64,000 bases of DNA, from NCBI GenBank assembly GCA_951406725.2, contig OX597822.1, forward strand, positions 29,140,001 through 29,204,000. Reading direction: 5' to 3'. The DNA is from Octopus vulgaris. Taxonomy: Eukaryota. The number at the start of each line of letters is the position of its first letter. Position 1 is the stretch's first letter. Below, piece after piece: positions 50,574-64,000 of this stretch. A program made the translations under genes and the position numbers. The notes under the pieces are model-generated. The model was not told the DNA's origin. It did no database searches and saw nothing but the letters and a program-made list of their open reading frames with translations.

Positions 50574-53500
50574 GTAAAAATTTGTCTTTTGTTTTATTTG
50601 TTATCTTCTACTGTCAATATGACTCTTTTCCTGTCTGTCTGTCTCTCAGCTATGTCTAATTAGTTCACCATTAGTGGGTAGGTTTATACATTTTCATATA
50701 CACATGTGGGTACTTCGGAAAACCTCTAGATTTTGTTAGTGAGTACTACAAATGGTAGAGGTGAGCTTCCATCAAATTTACATTTCACTCTTGATTTTTG
50801 GTTATAGTTATAGGCAAGTGAAATCAAAATGAAATTTGATGACGGGCACAAGCACCATATGAGCATGATCGTTGACAGAACGGCTAACTGGCTTCCGTGC
50901 TAGTGGCACATAAAGGGCACCATTCGAGTGTGATCATTGCCAGCTTCGCCTTACTGGCACTTGTGCCCCGAGCTAGTAGGGGTGCTAAGAGCACCATCCG
51001 AGCATGATTGTTGCCAGAGCAGCTAACTGGCTTCCGTACCGGTGGCATGTAGGAGGCACCACCGTGCTAGTAGGGTGCTAAGAGCACCATCCGAGTGTGA
51101 TCGTTGCCAGAGCGGCTAACTGGCTTCCGTGCCGGTGGCATGTAGGAGGCACCATTCGAGCGGGATCGCTACCAGCATCGCCTTGCTGGCACCTGTGCCG
51201 TTGGCAAATGTAAAAATTTCGAGCGAGGTCGTTGCCAGTACCACCAGATCAAGACTGGAGCCTGGTGCAGCCATCTGGTTCGCCAGCCCACAGTCAAACC
51301 GTCCAACCCATGCTAGCATGGAAAGCGGACGTTAAACGACGATGATTCCCACTGACTTACATTTAATGCATACCTAGGGAAATCAACAAGACTCTCCTAG
51401 AACGTAACCTGCCCTGTGTTCGAGGCATTGTTTGTAATAGAGAATGCATTCATTCTCTTTGTGGCAGAGTAAATACCTCTGGGTTTTCTGTTTGAAGGCA
51501 TTAGGAAGGGTATCCAGCCATAAAAAACTATGCCAAAGCAAATATTGGAGCTTGGTTCATCGGTTCCTGTCAGACCATGGAACCCATGCCAGCATGGGAC
51601 ATGGGCATTAAATAATGATGATGATCATCATACCTCTGTTTTCCATGCTGGCATTGGTTGGACAGTTTTACAGGGGCTGACAAGTCCAGGAGCCATACTA
51701 GGTTCCATTGTCTGTTTCAGTATAGTTTCTACAGTTAGATGCCCCGCCTAATGCCAACCACTTTACAGAATGTACTTGGTACTTTTTACATGATACCAGC
51801 ACCAACAGACAAACCCCCTAAAGACAGACGAAATACTACTAAGCATTTCACCTGGTGTGCTAACGTTTCTGCCAGCTCACCAACTTAGAATGTAAACATT
51901 CATTTTAGAAATATATTCTTTATTCTTATTGCTTAAGCATTACTCCCTTCTTGACATTAAATTTCGTAGCATTTTACCTCATACCCGTTTTTGTACTAAT
52001 TTTTGTTCAATGTGACTAACGATTCTGAATTCTTCATGCATTTTTCTATCATTTAAGCCTAAGAAAAGTATACTTATCATTTAAAATTTTTTAATTTATG
52101 TTAATTGAAGATAAATACCTGCCCCCCCCCCCCAGGTCACAGACATTTTCATGTAACTTTTTTTCTACTGAACCAAATCTCAACCTGTTTATGCCAAAGT
52201 GTAGCTGAGGAGGTGTCCTCTTTATAACTATTGACAGTTTGCAATTCAGTTGAGAACTGAATTAGTGGTAAAGCTTGGAAGCTGCTGCAATTGGCAAAAT
52301 GGTGGGCTTAAGAATATATTCAACCACTATCGTGCCTGAATGATTAAGTGGAGGGCCTCTACATAATTTCGTTAGATCAGCTTACTAGAAATAGCAACCA
52401 AATGTTTTAACATCAATGAATGTAGTTCTACGAACCCATTAAAAGGCAAATTATTATTATTGAGTGCGAGAGCAGTGCATGCCATCAAAGTGACACTGGG
52501 GTACAAATATACGAAAGCAAATGTACCCATCATGACTACCTGCCTGATAAGGGTACACCAGGCACTTACATCGCAACTATATGTACATGACCTGGTGATC
52601 TCATATCAAGATAAACAGTGTATGACCTTGCAGGTGGGGGCCCAGTTAAAATTTTCTACAGATTGAATAGCCCATCCTGCTCAAAAGGTCCCTGAATAAG
52701 GGTGGTTTAAGTATGTTGAACAAAATACTTGTGTTTCCTGAGGTGACTTATTCAAGCCCCAAAGAATTCCTCTCAACATATGGCTATAATGCTCCCCCAC
52801 TACATCTTCATGTGATCAGAGATGCACATATCATCAGCCACTAAGGGACATGCTCAACTGGTAGGGGTCGAGCAATTAACTAGCAAATCTGTGATATTGA
52901 GCAGAATGTTTGCTGTCGCTCATCTGCTATGCCAAGACAAATAATGTACATGATAACACTTCCAATCAGTTAAGATTAGAAGCCACAGGAGCCAGTGCTT
53001 TATATTCATCATCATCATCATCGTTTAACGTCCGTTCTCCATGCTAGCATGGGTTGGACGGTTCGACCAGGATTTGGGAAGCCAGAAGGCTGCACCAGGC
53101 TCCAGTCTGATCTGACAGTGTTTCTACAGCTGGATGCCCTTCCTGACGCCAACCACTCCGAGAGTGTAGTGGGTGCTTTTTACGTGCCACAAGCACACTC
53201 GTTCTTGTACCAATCCTGCATTGAGGTGAAGGAGTTCCAGAATGGCCTGCCAAGAGACAAAGATGGAAAGTCCATGTTAACATACAAAAGCAGATGGCGT
53301 TTTAAACAGCCACAGAAATGGATTCTAAATGCTCTTGATGATAAATTAAAAATTCTTGGTGTTGAGCTGCAGGTGAACAACTACATCATCATCACCATCA
53401 TCATAATGTTCACTTTTCTGAGCTTACATGGATCAAGCAGGTTTTGTTGTGGTAGACTTTTTATGGCCAGATGCCTTTCCTGTCATCAGCTCACAATAGT

Positions 53501-54677
53501 TTCCAAGCAAGGTAATATTTTCCCATGGCTGGTATTTGTTTCACAGAAGACTGGACATAAGCATTACTTCTAGGAAGGTGATACTTGTTTATAACCACTA
53601 CACTGTGTCAAGACGTAAGCGTGCATGCATGCGCGCACACACACACAGCTATGTACAAATGCACAATGGGTTTCTTTCAGTTTCTTGTCTACTAAATCCA
53701 CTTACAAGACTTTAGTCAGCCCAGGGCTATAGCAGAAGACACTTGCCCAAGATAATGCACAATGGAACAGACCTTGGAACCATGTGGTTGGGAAGCAAGC
53801 TTCTTAACTGCTTAGCCATGCCTACACCTAACAGTGGTTTATAAATATATGTTGTTAAACCTTTCCTGACGGTTAACTACGGTCACCCTGTTATCCATGT
53901 TTTCCTTGTTAGTAAAGATAAGTGCTGCTACTGAAGGTGAGGAATTGTTTGTTCTGTGCAACTCTAAATAGATAGAGAGAGGTATTAAATGTTATCAGCC
54001 TACCATCCATATTCTAGTTGTTGGGACATCATAATGTTACTGACTGTAGTGTGTCTTTGTTTTGCATTTATTAACCCTTTTGATAATAAACTGCCCAGGT
54101 GTGTACTTTTTTTTTTTTTCTGAGACAAACTCCTTTTTTAACCCTCTAAGCATTCAAATTATTCTGACAAATGTAAAAATAAAAACATTCGAGCGAGGTC
54201 ATTGCCAGCGCTGCTGGACTGGCTCCTGTGCAGGTGGTACGTAAAAAACACCATTTTCGCGTGGCCATTGCCAGTACTGCCTGACTGGCCCTCGTGCCAA
54301 TGGCACGTAAAAGCACCCACTACGCTCTCGGAGTGGTTGGCATTAGGAAGGGCATCCAGCTGTAGAAACTCTGCCAGATCAGATTTGAGCCTGGTGCAGC
54401 CATCTGGTTCACCAGCCCACAATCAAAATCGTCCAACCCTTGCTAGCATGGAAAGCGGACGTTAAACAACAATGATGATGTAATACTAATGTATTCACAT
54501 TGTTTTGAATTAATTATGCATTATCTCATAGCTTCAAGATTTCAGCGATGTGATTGTTTTTAGAATAACATTGTAAGGTAGGTGTGAGAGGCCAGAAAAG
54601 ATATAGCTGGTTTAAATGCTAATGGGTTAACATGGTCTAATTTAGAACCGTTCATTAAAATTTCATGCTAATTTATG

Positions 54678-55081
54678 GGATCTATTCAGTTTGAACGGTA
54701 GCTTTTTTAACATAATTTCTAGGTAACTAAAAAATTTTAAACTTTGTATACTGGTAGAATGTATTTATAAAATATCTTTTTCTCTTGGCTTTATTGAGAA
54801 AATTCTATAGTTTGTAAGATATTTGTTGTTTTTTTATCTTCAATTTCAACCAATCAATGACATCTATTGAGGTGAAAAAATTCTGTGCTGTATGAATATG
54901 TCCCTCATTTTAGAAACAGATTGGGTTTATTTACATTTGTGAAGAAAAAAAGATACCCTTCCCCCCACCCCTAACCCTAAAATAGATTGAAATGCAATAG
55001 ATCGATACTAGGGTCATAATTATGGGTGACAATTTCATATGACACCGCTAGAAAAAAATGCCGTTCAAACTGAAGAGATCC
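54678..55081. mobile_element. non-autonomous TIR DNA transposon with 8-bp TSD
   Basis: TIRs GGATCTATTCAGTTTGAACGG / CCGTTCAAACTGAAGAGATCC; TSD AATTTATG at 54670-54677 and 55082-55089. Confidence 0.85.
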
Positions 55082-56006
55082 AATTTATGTTCTAAATAAC
55101 AGCTTACTTAATGACAAAGCTACTTTAATACATTTTTCATTACTTTCAAAATTAACTGAAACAAAGACATTATATCTCACTAGAAATACCATAACAAAAG
55201 GGTTGTAATATAGACACAGGTAAAGCTCTGGATTTTGAGTTTACTTTGTAACTCTGTGATCCACAAGTTCTGTTTCACTTCTAGTGAAGCCTGTCACATA
55301 TGCTTGTGTCTTAAGTTACAATGCTTACATTCCTTTGTCCTTGCATGAAGGCATTGAGCAAAATAATTATGACATTATGTTGACATTCCTTATTAAATAT
55401 CTGTCTTGTAGCTTAGTGCTTTCAGAGACATGGAATGAATAATAATTTCTCACTGTGAAATCAGGTTTGGGTTAGAAAAAAGGAAGAGCATTAATACATT
55501 CCTGTTCTGTTGAGGGGGCTTTTCCCTTTTCATTTCTTTACTTTCTCTTGCAAGTTACTTGGGGATTTCATTAATGCTGGGGTCACAGGGGGGGAAAAAG
55601 CACCCAGTACACATTGTAAAATGGGTTGATGTTAGGAAGGGCAACAGGCTATAGAAACCATGTGAAATCTGATATGGGCTCATTGAATCTTGCCAATCTC
55701 CCTGACCCATGCTGTATGGCAAGCAAACATTAAATGATGATGATGATGATCTAGCTGTACAGTAATACCTCAGTGATAAGTATTGTCCAATCCATGCTAG
55801 AAGTAAAAATGAATGAATGAAAGTTGGGTAGCAGCGCACCTAAACTTATCTCTGTTACTGCTTCCACATTCGCCACTCACTCTTATATCCCTGTGGCTTT
55901 TTTTTCTGTTTTTATAAAAATGAGGTAATAATTTGATACGATTTTACATATAATAAATACATACATACGTACAAACATATATATTTTCTCTGTGTTTCTT
56001 TTTCAG

Positions 56007-56105
56007 ACAAATGCGGACTTATTTAATGCATGCATCTCGCAGTTATCTGACAACCAAAGAAACACTTTATCAGCTGTGCTTGCCGCTCCACCCATGAATA
56101 ACTAA
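56007..56105 (+). CDS. IPO5: importin-5 last coding exon with TAA stop
   Basis: tttcag|TNADLFNACISQLSDNQRNTLSAVLAAPPMNN*; 99 nt, phase 0; fits the importin-5 C-terminal helix pattern (L...C..QL...Q...L). Confidence 0.9.
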   Translation, partial: TNADLFNACISQLSDNQRNTLSAVLAAPPMNN

Positions 56106-56665
56106 CAAGAAAAGATTGCAGGCAAAGCTCACAATTCCAGCGTGACACTTCCTCTTACCTCTTAATCCCCCCTGTCTTTCTGCATATATTAAATTTAATA
56201 TATACACACACATATATGCATTCATATAGATGTATATATACATATATATATTTATATATATTTATATGTGTGTAAATGTACACACGCACACATATATATA
56301 GCCACATACATATATATGTACATGAATATATATAATATATATATACATATATATATTATACTGGAATAACCATTGAGGCTGAAATCACAATTTAGTCCTC
56401 TACCCAAATATACACACCTTATGCATACACCTTCTCTCTATATATACCTTTCTCCTCTCTCAATGTTTTATTCTTTCGGTTTCTACTGATTGAAAGCCCT
56501 ACCTATTTCAGTTGTTTTTTTTTTTTTTCCACCAACCCCCTCCTTATGCATTAACAATTTTGTGGGCTTTATTTGAGCAACAACAATAACAAAAACAGAA
56601 TGCAATATTGATATGAAAAGAAAAAAAAAGCAAGAAAAACTTAATAAGCTTGGCTCATTCAAAAC

Positions 56666-56671
56666 AATAAA
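56666..56671 (+). promoter_or_regulatory. candidate polyadenylation signal
   Basis: AATAAA about 560 nt after the stop, followed by T-rich sequence; the hexamer is common by chance in AT-rich DNA. Confidence 0.3.
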
Positions 56672-58065
56672 CAAGAAAACTATTCTCAAGATATAAAGTA
56701 TTTTATTTATTTTATTTTTCTTAACTCTAACTTGTTCCGAACCATCTAAGATTTGAATTCTCTTTATATTCTATGTAATTTAAAAAATATATATACACAC
56801 ATATATATATATGACTCTTTTTTTTTCCCTCTTTTTTTGCTGTTTTTTGTTCTCATCTGTTTTTGTACCACCCCAGCGTCCAATGCGAAGAATTCTCAAA
56901 TGGCTTGTCAAGACATGGAGATAAAACTTTATATTAGTTTCAAATTTTGGCACAAGGCCAGCAGTTTTGCAGGAGAGAGGCTAAGTTGATTAAATCAACC
57001 CCAATACTTATTTTATTGACTCCCGAAAGGATGTCAGGCAAAGTTGACCCCAGCAGTATTTGAACCCAGAATGTAAAGACCAAATGAAATGCCACTGAGC
57101 ATTTTCCCCAGCATGCTAAAAATTCTGCCTGCTCACCCACCTTATGATAAAAGTTAATATTGATTTCAATTTTGGGGACCCCAGGACTCAACTGGCACTC
57201 ATTTTATCAAACCCGGAAGGATGAAAAGCAAAGTCAACCTTGGTGGAATTTGAACCCAGAACCCTAAAGATGGATAAAATGCTGCTAAGCAATTTTCCCT
57301 GCATGCTACCAAGATAAAATGTTGATATTGTTTTCAAATTTTGACACAAAGCCAGCAATTTCAGGAAGTGGGGATGGAGAGCCGATTACATTGAACCCCA
57401 GTCTTCAACTGGTACTTATTTCATTAACCCTGAAAGGATGAAAGGCTGAGTTGACCTCAGCAGCATTTGAAATCAGAATGAAAAGATGGACAAAATGCTG
57501 CTAAACATTTTGTCCAGTGTGCTAATGATTCTGCCAGCCTGTTTGCCCTTAGATAAATCCTACCCATGCTAGCATGGAAGGTGGACATGAAACAGCAGTG
57601 GCAGTTGACAGTGGTGGTGGTGGTTAACATCCAGAAACACAGTATAATGACATCCTTAAAGATGAGTCTTCCTCTTGCCCTGTTCAGTATACATGATCCC
57701 ATCACAAAATATGTTCTCCAGAAAACTTTCAACATACCACCACTCTTGTCATTTATGAAACTAGAAACATATTTTTTTGCCACAATGGCAACATTTCCAT
57801 CATCATTTAATGCCTACTTTTCCATGTTTGCATGGGTCAAATGGAATTTGTGGAGGCAATTTTTCTACAGCCAGTGCCCTTCCTGTTGCCAACCATCACC
57901 TCTTTCCAAGCGTGGTAAATATTTTCCCATAACCAGATGTATTTTTCATGGGAAACTGGAAATGATCAACCTTTCTCGTATGATGATGATCGCTTACAAC
58001 CACCACATGATGTCTACACAAGTATACACACAATGCATGCTAGTGCCACATAATAAGCATCTAAT

Positions 58066-58332
58066 GTTAGTTAGTTAATTTTTTGGCTCAAAAAGCAAAA
58101 AGCAAGGCCATGTAGGGGGACATGGAGTTATGTACAGGGTGGTGTTCATATAAAGACTTCAGGCCACTTGAGGTCAAGGGAGACTTTGAACCGAGCGGTC
58201 GTCGGCATCTTCACCATCTCGTCTGGCAGCTTATTCCATGGATCCGCAACCCGGACAGAGAAAGCCCCTCTCCTTCGATTGAGATGAAATCGTCGCAGAT
58301 AGAGCTTTTCGGAATGACCCCGCAGCCGACGC
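58066..58332 (-). mobile_element. CR1-clade LINE 3' fragment
   Basis: Reverse translation GHSEKLYLRRFHLNRRRGAFSVRVADPWNKLPDEMVKMPTTARFKVSLD; (CTAA)n-like tail. Confidence 0.75.
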
Positions 58333-58454
58333 TGTTAGGAAAGGCATTGAGCTGTAGAAGCCTTGCCAATGCAGACAATTGGATCTAAGTACAGCTATCT
58401 TACTTGTCAGTTCCTGTCAAACTGTCCAACCTATGCTAGTATGGAAAATGGGCA

Positions 58455-58723
58455 TTAACCCTTTCGTTACTGTATTTATCTTGAGATGCTCTGCATTTCT
58501 TTCAGATACTTTAAATATAACAAAGAATTTAATAAAACAACTTAGTTATCATTAAACTAGCGTTAGGAACATAAATTGTGACTAAGTTACCATTCAGCTA
58601 GTGTTAGGAGAATAAATTGTGACTAAGGTTTGGTGGAAGATTTTAATTCAAAACTTATGAAAACAAGACATTTGTACTCAGAGCCAGAGCTGGTTTCAGC
58701 GGGGTTGGTAACAAAAGGGTTAA
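58455..58723. mobile_element. TTAA MITE (second family) inserted in a repeat tail
   Basis: TTAACCCTTTCGTTAC...GTAACAAAAGGGTTAA splits GGCATTAA|ATGATGATG, showing TTAA duplication; related copy near 46714-46942. Confidence 0.8.
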
Positions 58724-58874
58724 ATGATGATGATGTACATCTAGCAAGCTGACCTGCCAACTTATTTTAGTCCAGATTGAAAGAGACTTCTGTAACAATA
58801 CTTTGAATCCACTAAACACTGCATGTCACAGCTAAGTTTGCAGAATACAGTTGTGATGTGAAGATAATTTAGAA

Positions 58875-59575
58875 GCTTGCTATTCAATGAAGTTTTCTGT
58901 TAAAGTGAGCAAAAATGTTAGAGAAGTTTATGGAATGCTCCAGACTGCTTATGGATTAACAAAGCATGTCCACTAGGAAGCACATGATGATCCTCTTTTC
59001 TTATTTCTTTATTGCCCACAAGGGGCTAAACATAGAGGGGACAAACAAGGACAAGCGGATTAAGTCAATTACATCGACCCCAGTGCGAAACTGGTACTTA
59101 ATTTATCGACCTCAAAAGGATGAAAGGCAAAGTCGACCTCGGCAGATTTTGAACTCAGAACATAATGGCAGACGAAATACTGCTAAGCATTTTGCCCGGT
59201 GTGCTAACATTTCTGTCAGCTCACCGCCTTTTTGATGATGATCCTCTTTTCTCACAGCAAAGACATCATCTACATTCACTGGATTCATCTGGCCAGACAG
59301 TCAACAAAGTGTACTTTGTGGAGTTTTTGAGGCTGTTCAGGGCGAGATTTAGTTACAAAAGTCCAGAGCACTTTCATCAGGACAATACACCACTCCACAA
59401 TTCTATCCTGGTAACTTGACAGAGATGGGCATCAAAATTGTCCAGAACTTGCTCCCTGTGACTTTTGATTGTTTCCCTAAGGTGAAAGAGGCTGTGACAA
59501 GGGTCCTGAACACCTTCACTTTGGAGGACTTCTGTCTATAGGGCCTTTGCAAAGTGGCTGGAGCACTACAAGTTC
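58875..59575 (+). mobile_element. mariner transposase remnant
   Basis: FSVKVSKNVREVYGMLQTAYG, GQTVNKVYFVEFLR, HFHQDNTPLHNSILVT, LAPCDF*LFPKVKE; interrupted by a SINE. Confidence 0.7.
58999..59231 (-). mobile_element. SINE family A nested in mariner remnant
   Basis: Reverse copy flanked by duplicated ATGATGATCCTCTTTTCT. Confidence 0.85.
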
Positions 59576-59707
59576 ATTGTTTTATGTTCAAATTAGCCAG
59601 ATCCAGCCTCTCACACCTGCCCTGTAATGTCATTCTGAAAATAATTACATTATTGAAATCTCAAAGCTAAAAGATAAAGCGTGATTAATTCAAAACAATA
59701 TTCTTTC

Positions 59708-59892
59708 ATTATCTCCACCTTAGCAAAGGCGGAGGTATTGTTTTCAGTTGTGTTTGTTTATCCATGGACAAGATATCTCAAGAACCGCTGGATGGATTTG
59801 GATGCAACTTTCAGGAATGCTTGGCCTTGTGACTGGCACGAACTGATTAGATTTTAAGATCGATTCAGTACTGGACAAGGATTCTGGATTAT
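59708..59892 (+). mobile_element. probable Helentron/HINE-like non-autonomous element end
   Basis: Subterminal hairpin CTCCACCTT...AAGGCGGAGG followed by GTTTGTTT and AAGATATCTCAAGAACCGCTGGATGGATTTGGATG; recognised by resemblance only. Confidence 0.4.
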
Positions 59893-60154
59893 TTGTTATA
59901 TTTACTTTACTTTAAATGATTATGATCTTACGTTGACTTTCAAGTCTTTCTCAATTATCTCCCTTTAGGCTGTTTCCAAAGTTTTATTTTCGTTTCTCTA
60001 TTATTAATTTTACTCGCATCTCTATCTTACTAGTAACTGATGGATAAACAAATAATATCCTGAGTAGAACTTATTATTACCTCTGCCATTGAAACTATTT
60101 TGAATGGTGAATTTGTTAACTTTGGCTTGTATTAGGTAAGGATAAACTATTTAT

Positions 60155-60715
60155 TCATCGTCATCATCATCCAGTGTTTTAAATCCAGGTTTTGTCCCCG
60201 TTAACGGGAGTAGCTGGATCTACCTCAATGCCGTAGCAACTGCCCTCACACCATCTCACCATCTTGCATGGTTTTGGTCAACCTCGCTTTCGCGCTCCAT
60301 TTACTTCAAGCGCAATCACCCTCATCCAGACAAGCTCTTCATTCCTCCTCAACGCATGCCCATACCACCTCCCTCTATTCACCCTTGCCAACCATTCCAC
60401 CAATTCCTCCAACCCCAGTATTCCCATCAAATCCTCAGTCCTCTCATTAAACAGCTTCACTCCACATTTCTCTTACTCCTTAAAATTACCATCTCTCTCC
60501 CTCCCTCAGATGCCATGTCTCACTTCCATACAGCATTACAGCTCTCACTCAACTCTTATAGACCCTTTCTTTCATCTTTAATGAGAACCTTTTCCCATAT
60601 AACAACGCTCCACATTCCCTGAACTTCACCCATCCAAGTCTCACTCTTACTGTCACAGCTGCTTCACATCCACCACTTACATCCAGTCTGTCACCCAAAT
60701 AACAAAACCCTCCCA
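60155..60715 (-). mobile_element. RTE-clade LINE 3' fragment
   Basis: Reverse ORF ...LARVNRGRWYGHALRRNEE...VNGARKRG; upstream YLGDRLDVSGGCEAAVT-like segment; (GAT)n tail. Confidence 0.7.
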
Positions 60716-60836
60716 TCGTACTATGCTTACAAAGAATAAGTCCTGAGGTCTATTTCTTCGACTAAAGGTGGTGCTTCAGCGTGGCCGCAGTCAAATGATT
60801 GTAACGTGTAAAAGAGTAAAATATATAGCATCATCA

Positions 60837-61064
60837 AAGGCGGCGAGCTGGCAGAAACGTTAGCGCGCCGGGCGAAATGCTTAGCGGTACCTCGTCTGTG
60901 GTTACGTTCTGAGTTCAAATTCCGCCGAGAACGACTTTGTCTTTCATCCTTTCGGGGTCGATAAATAAAGTACAAGTTTCGCACTGGGGTCGATGTAATC
61001 GACTTAATCCCTTTGTCTTTGGTTGTCCCCTCTATGTTTAGCCCTTTGTGGGCAGTAAAGAAAT
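60837..61064 (+). mobile_element. SINE family A
   Basis: TSD ATATATAGCATCATCA at 60821-60836 and 61065-61080. Confidence 0.85.
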
Positions 61065-61411
61065 ATATATAGCATCATCATCATCCTTTTAATCATATGA
61101 GTGAAACTAGTAAAAGATAAAGATGAGATAGGAAGAAGAAAGTAAAAAGACTATCATTGTTACAAGCAGAATCCTTCTTCGAAAAAAGATGTTTTCTTCT
61201 TGCGCTGAATTAGAAGTGATGAACAGAGGTGGTAGTGGGGGAATGCCTAGAGGTAAGGGAGGTAACTGGACAAAAAGTGCGAGGATATTGTTAAACTCTT
61301 AATACCTACCTCAAAACTGGACTGCTGTCATGCTTGGGCACATGCGTTTTGGTCGATCAAACCTCCCCCCCAATACTTAGGAAGTTACACGAACGTAAGC
61401 AAACCAATACC

Positions 61412-61604
61412 TATTTCTTTACTACCCACAAGGGGCTAAACACAGAGAGGACACACAAAGGGATTAAGTCGATTATATTGACCCCAGTGCGGATGAAAGG
61501 CAAAGTCGACCTTGGCGGAATTTGAACTCAGAACCTAACGGCAGACGAAGATACCGCTAAGCATTGCGCCCGACGTGCTAACGATTCTACCAGCACGACG
61601 CCTT
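61412..61604 (-). mobile_element. SINE family A (internal deletion)
   Basis: TSD TAAGCAAACCAATACC at 61396-61411 and 61605-61620. Confidence 0.8.
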
Positions 61605-62003
61605 TAAGCAAACCAATACCGATGGACAAGCGGTGCGGGTGCTGACACATAGACTCCGACCCAACCGATATGTATTTATGTAGGCGGAGGTAAAGAATAC
61701 GCACGCCACCCATTTTCGGCGTAACAGTAACCCAAACCTTAAACCCTAAACACAGGGTGTACGCATTCTTTACCTTGGCTTCTATGTATATATACTCTTT
61801 ACTCTTTTACTTGTTTCAGTCATTTGACTGCGGCCATGCTGGAGCACCGCCCTTTTAGTCGAGCAAATCGATCCCAGGACTTATTCTATGTAAGCCTGGT
61901 ACTTATTCTATCGGTCTCTTTTGCCGAACTGCTAAGTTACGGGGACGTAAACATACGAACATCGGTTGTCAAGTGATGTTGTGGGGGACAAACACAGACA
62001 CAA

Positions 62004-62068
<65 letters not shown>

Positions 62069-64000
62069 CGACGGGCTTCTTTCAGTTTCCGTCTACCAAA
62101 TCCACTCACAAGGCTTTGGTCAGCCCGAGGCTATAGTAGAAGACACTTGCCCAAGGTGCCACGCATGTGGCTGGTAAGCAAGCTACTTTATTTCATGAAT
62201 ATTTGCCATGAAGGCATTACAAAGAGGAGACGAACAAGAACAGACAAACATAAAAGGGTGAAGTAGTTGCAGCGACTTACCACACAGCTACTTACCACAC
62301 AGCTACTCCTCTTCCATACAGTTTCCATTTACCAAAACCTGCACTCAAAGTGCCACGCGATGGGACAACTTGAAGCTCTGTGGTTGCAAAATGACCTTCT
62401 TACTAAATATTTCATTATTTTCGAAAGTAACTGCAACGTATTTCAGCAAAAATATCGTAACACACAAGACTTAATCTGAGATCAGTCCTGAATGAGTAAA
62501 CCTCTGTTCAAAAATATTCCAGCCATGACCATTCTGTCTTTTCCTGTGTGCCAAGAATCCAAGACCACATCCAAAATCTTTTTATACCTTTTACATGTTT
62601 CAGTCATTTGACTGTGGCCATGCCGGAGCACCGCCTTGAAGCGTTTTTGTTGGACAAATCGACCCCAGTAATTATTTTTAAAAAAAACTTGGTACTTATT
62701 CTATTGGTTAGTTTTGTCAAACCGTTAAGTTTTGAGGACGTAAACAAACCAGCATCGGTTGTCAAGTGCAGTGGTGGGGGACGAACATAGACACATGTGC
62801 GCGCGCGTGTATATATATATATATATATATAATACATGCCAGGCTTCTTTCAGTTTCCATCTACTAAATCCACTCACAAAGCTTTGGTCAGTTTGTGGCT
62901 ATTATAGAAGACACTTGCCCATGGTGTCACGTTTTTTTTCGTCTTTTCCTAATGACGGTAAGGATGGTTTAAAGACGATTTAGCTGCTGTTTCTAGCAGA
63001 TTGAGCAATCACATCGTCTTTCTCACTGGCTCAAAGCAAACAGATTTTACTTAAGGCAACAATCAAAATGAAGATGATAACCTGAAGAAATCCTTACAAA
63101 TTTGGAGAAAAAATTCCAGAATGGATGAAAGATGTTTAGCATAAAGGTAAGGGAGATAACTCAGAGAAGCGAAAATGGTTTTGCAACGTAATAGTGTAGT
63201 TGGGTGTGGAGTGTATGTGGTGTAGTGATGTTATTTCGTGTATTCAAAGGTGGGGGCGTCATGGTGGTTGTTGTTCAGCCCCTGGTCAACCCTGACCAAG
63301 CATATTGATCAACAGTATTCCAGTTATTCAAAGGCGGCGAGCTGGTAGAAACGTTAGCATGCCGGGCGAAATGCGTAGCTGTATTTCGTCTGCCGTTACG
63401 TTCTGAGTTCAAATTCCGCTGAGGTCGACTTTGCCATTCATCCTTTCGGGGTCGATTAAATAAATACCAGTTACGCACTGGGGTCGATATGATCGACTTA
63501 ATCCATTTGTTTGTCCCCTCTGTGTTTAGCCCCTTGTGGGTAGTAAAGAAATAGGTATTCCATTTGTGACCATCCACTCTTTGTATGTTAGACATAATGT
63601 ATTTAGGATTTATCCAGTGTGTCTTCCTCTCTTAATGTGGTGTAGGAGATTTTTGCTGCTGTTTCTAGCACATGAAAAGATTGCCAGAGGTATCCTCATG
63701 ACTATCCAACTCTTTGTGTGTGAGAGAGAGGCAGAACAAGACATACACGCTCACATATACCCATGTCCTAAACTACATTTAGAGAAATGGTGTTTGACTG
63801 ATTGACACAAAGTCACTCATAGAAATACTCCAGCCTCTGGCTCACTAATGTAGTGTCTCCTCACTCTGTCTGTTCTACCACTACTATAATGGCCTCTGCT
63901 CTTCAGAACTGACTGGTCCAGTACCTCCACCAACTCACTTGCCTCTCCACCTCTCATCACTCACGTTAGCTCCAGCCCCATAGCCCCATGCCTCTCACTT

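Noticed and set aside
52995-53573. 192-aa ORF in the last intron
   Set aside because: Starts and ends in known repeat sequence; no recognisable domain or splice support.
56110-64000. A second protein-coding gene downstream of IPO5
   Set aside because: All ORFs map to SINE, LINE, mariner or low-complexity sequence; I found no exon-like segment with protein similarity.

Overview
AT-rich, repeat-dense animal genomic DNA; the SINE, MITE and microsatellite content suggests an octopus (inferred, not proven). Most of the window is one + strand gene, importin-5 (IPO5 / karyopherin-beta3). I traced 24 coding exons from 59 to the stop at 56103-56105: 2839 nt, about 945 codons, all GT-AG with consistent phases. 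The N-terminal exons lie upstream of the window. One intron (28215-33612) is U12 (minor-spliceosome) type. Introns are filled with tRNA-derived SINEs (several with exact TSDs), TTAA MITEs, and decayed CR1, RTE, mariner and Gypsy pieces. The most unusual signal is two different inverted pairs of minimal type I hammerhead-ribozyme motifs of the Penelope/retrozyme kind. The best preserved pair (29398-29526) lies inside the U12 intron, and its sense copy can be masked by its own antisense copy. There are also several near-perfect intronic hairpins, one clearly made by template switching. Nearly all ORF-track calls are spurious or exon read-throughs.
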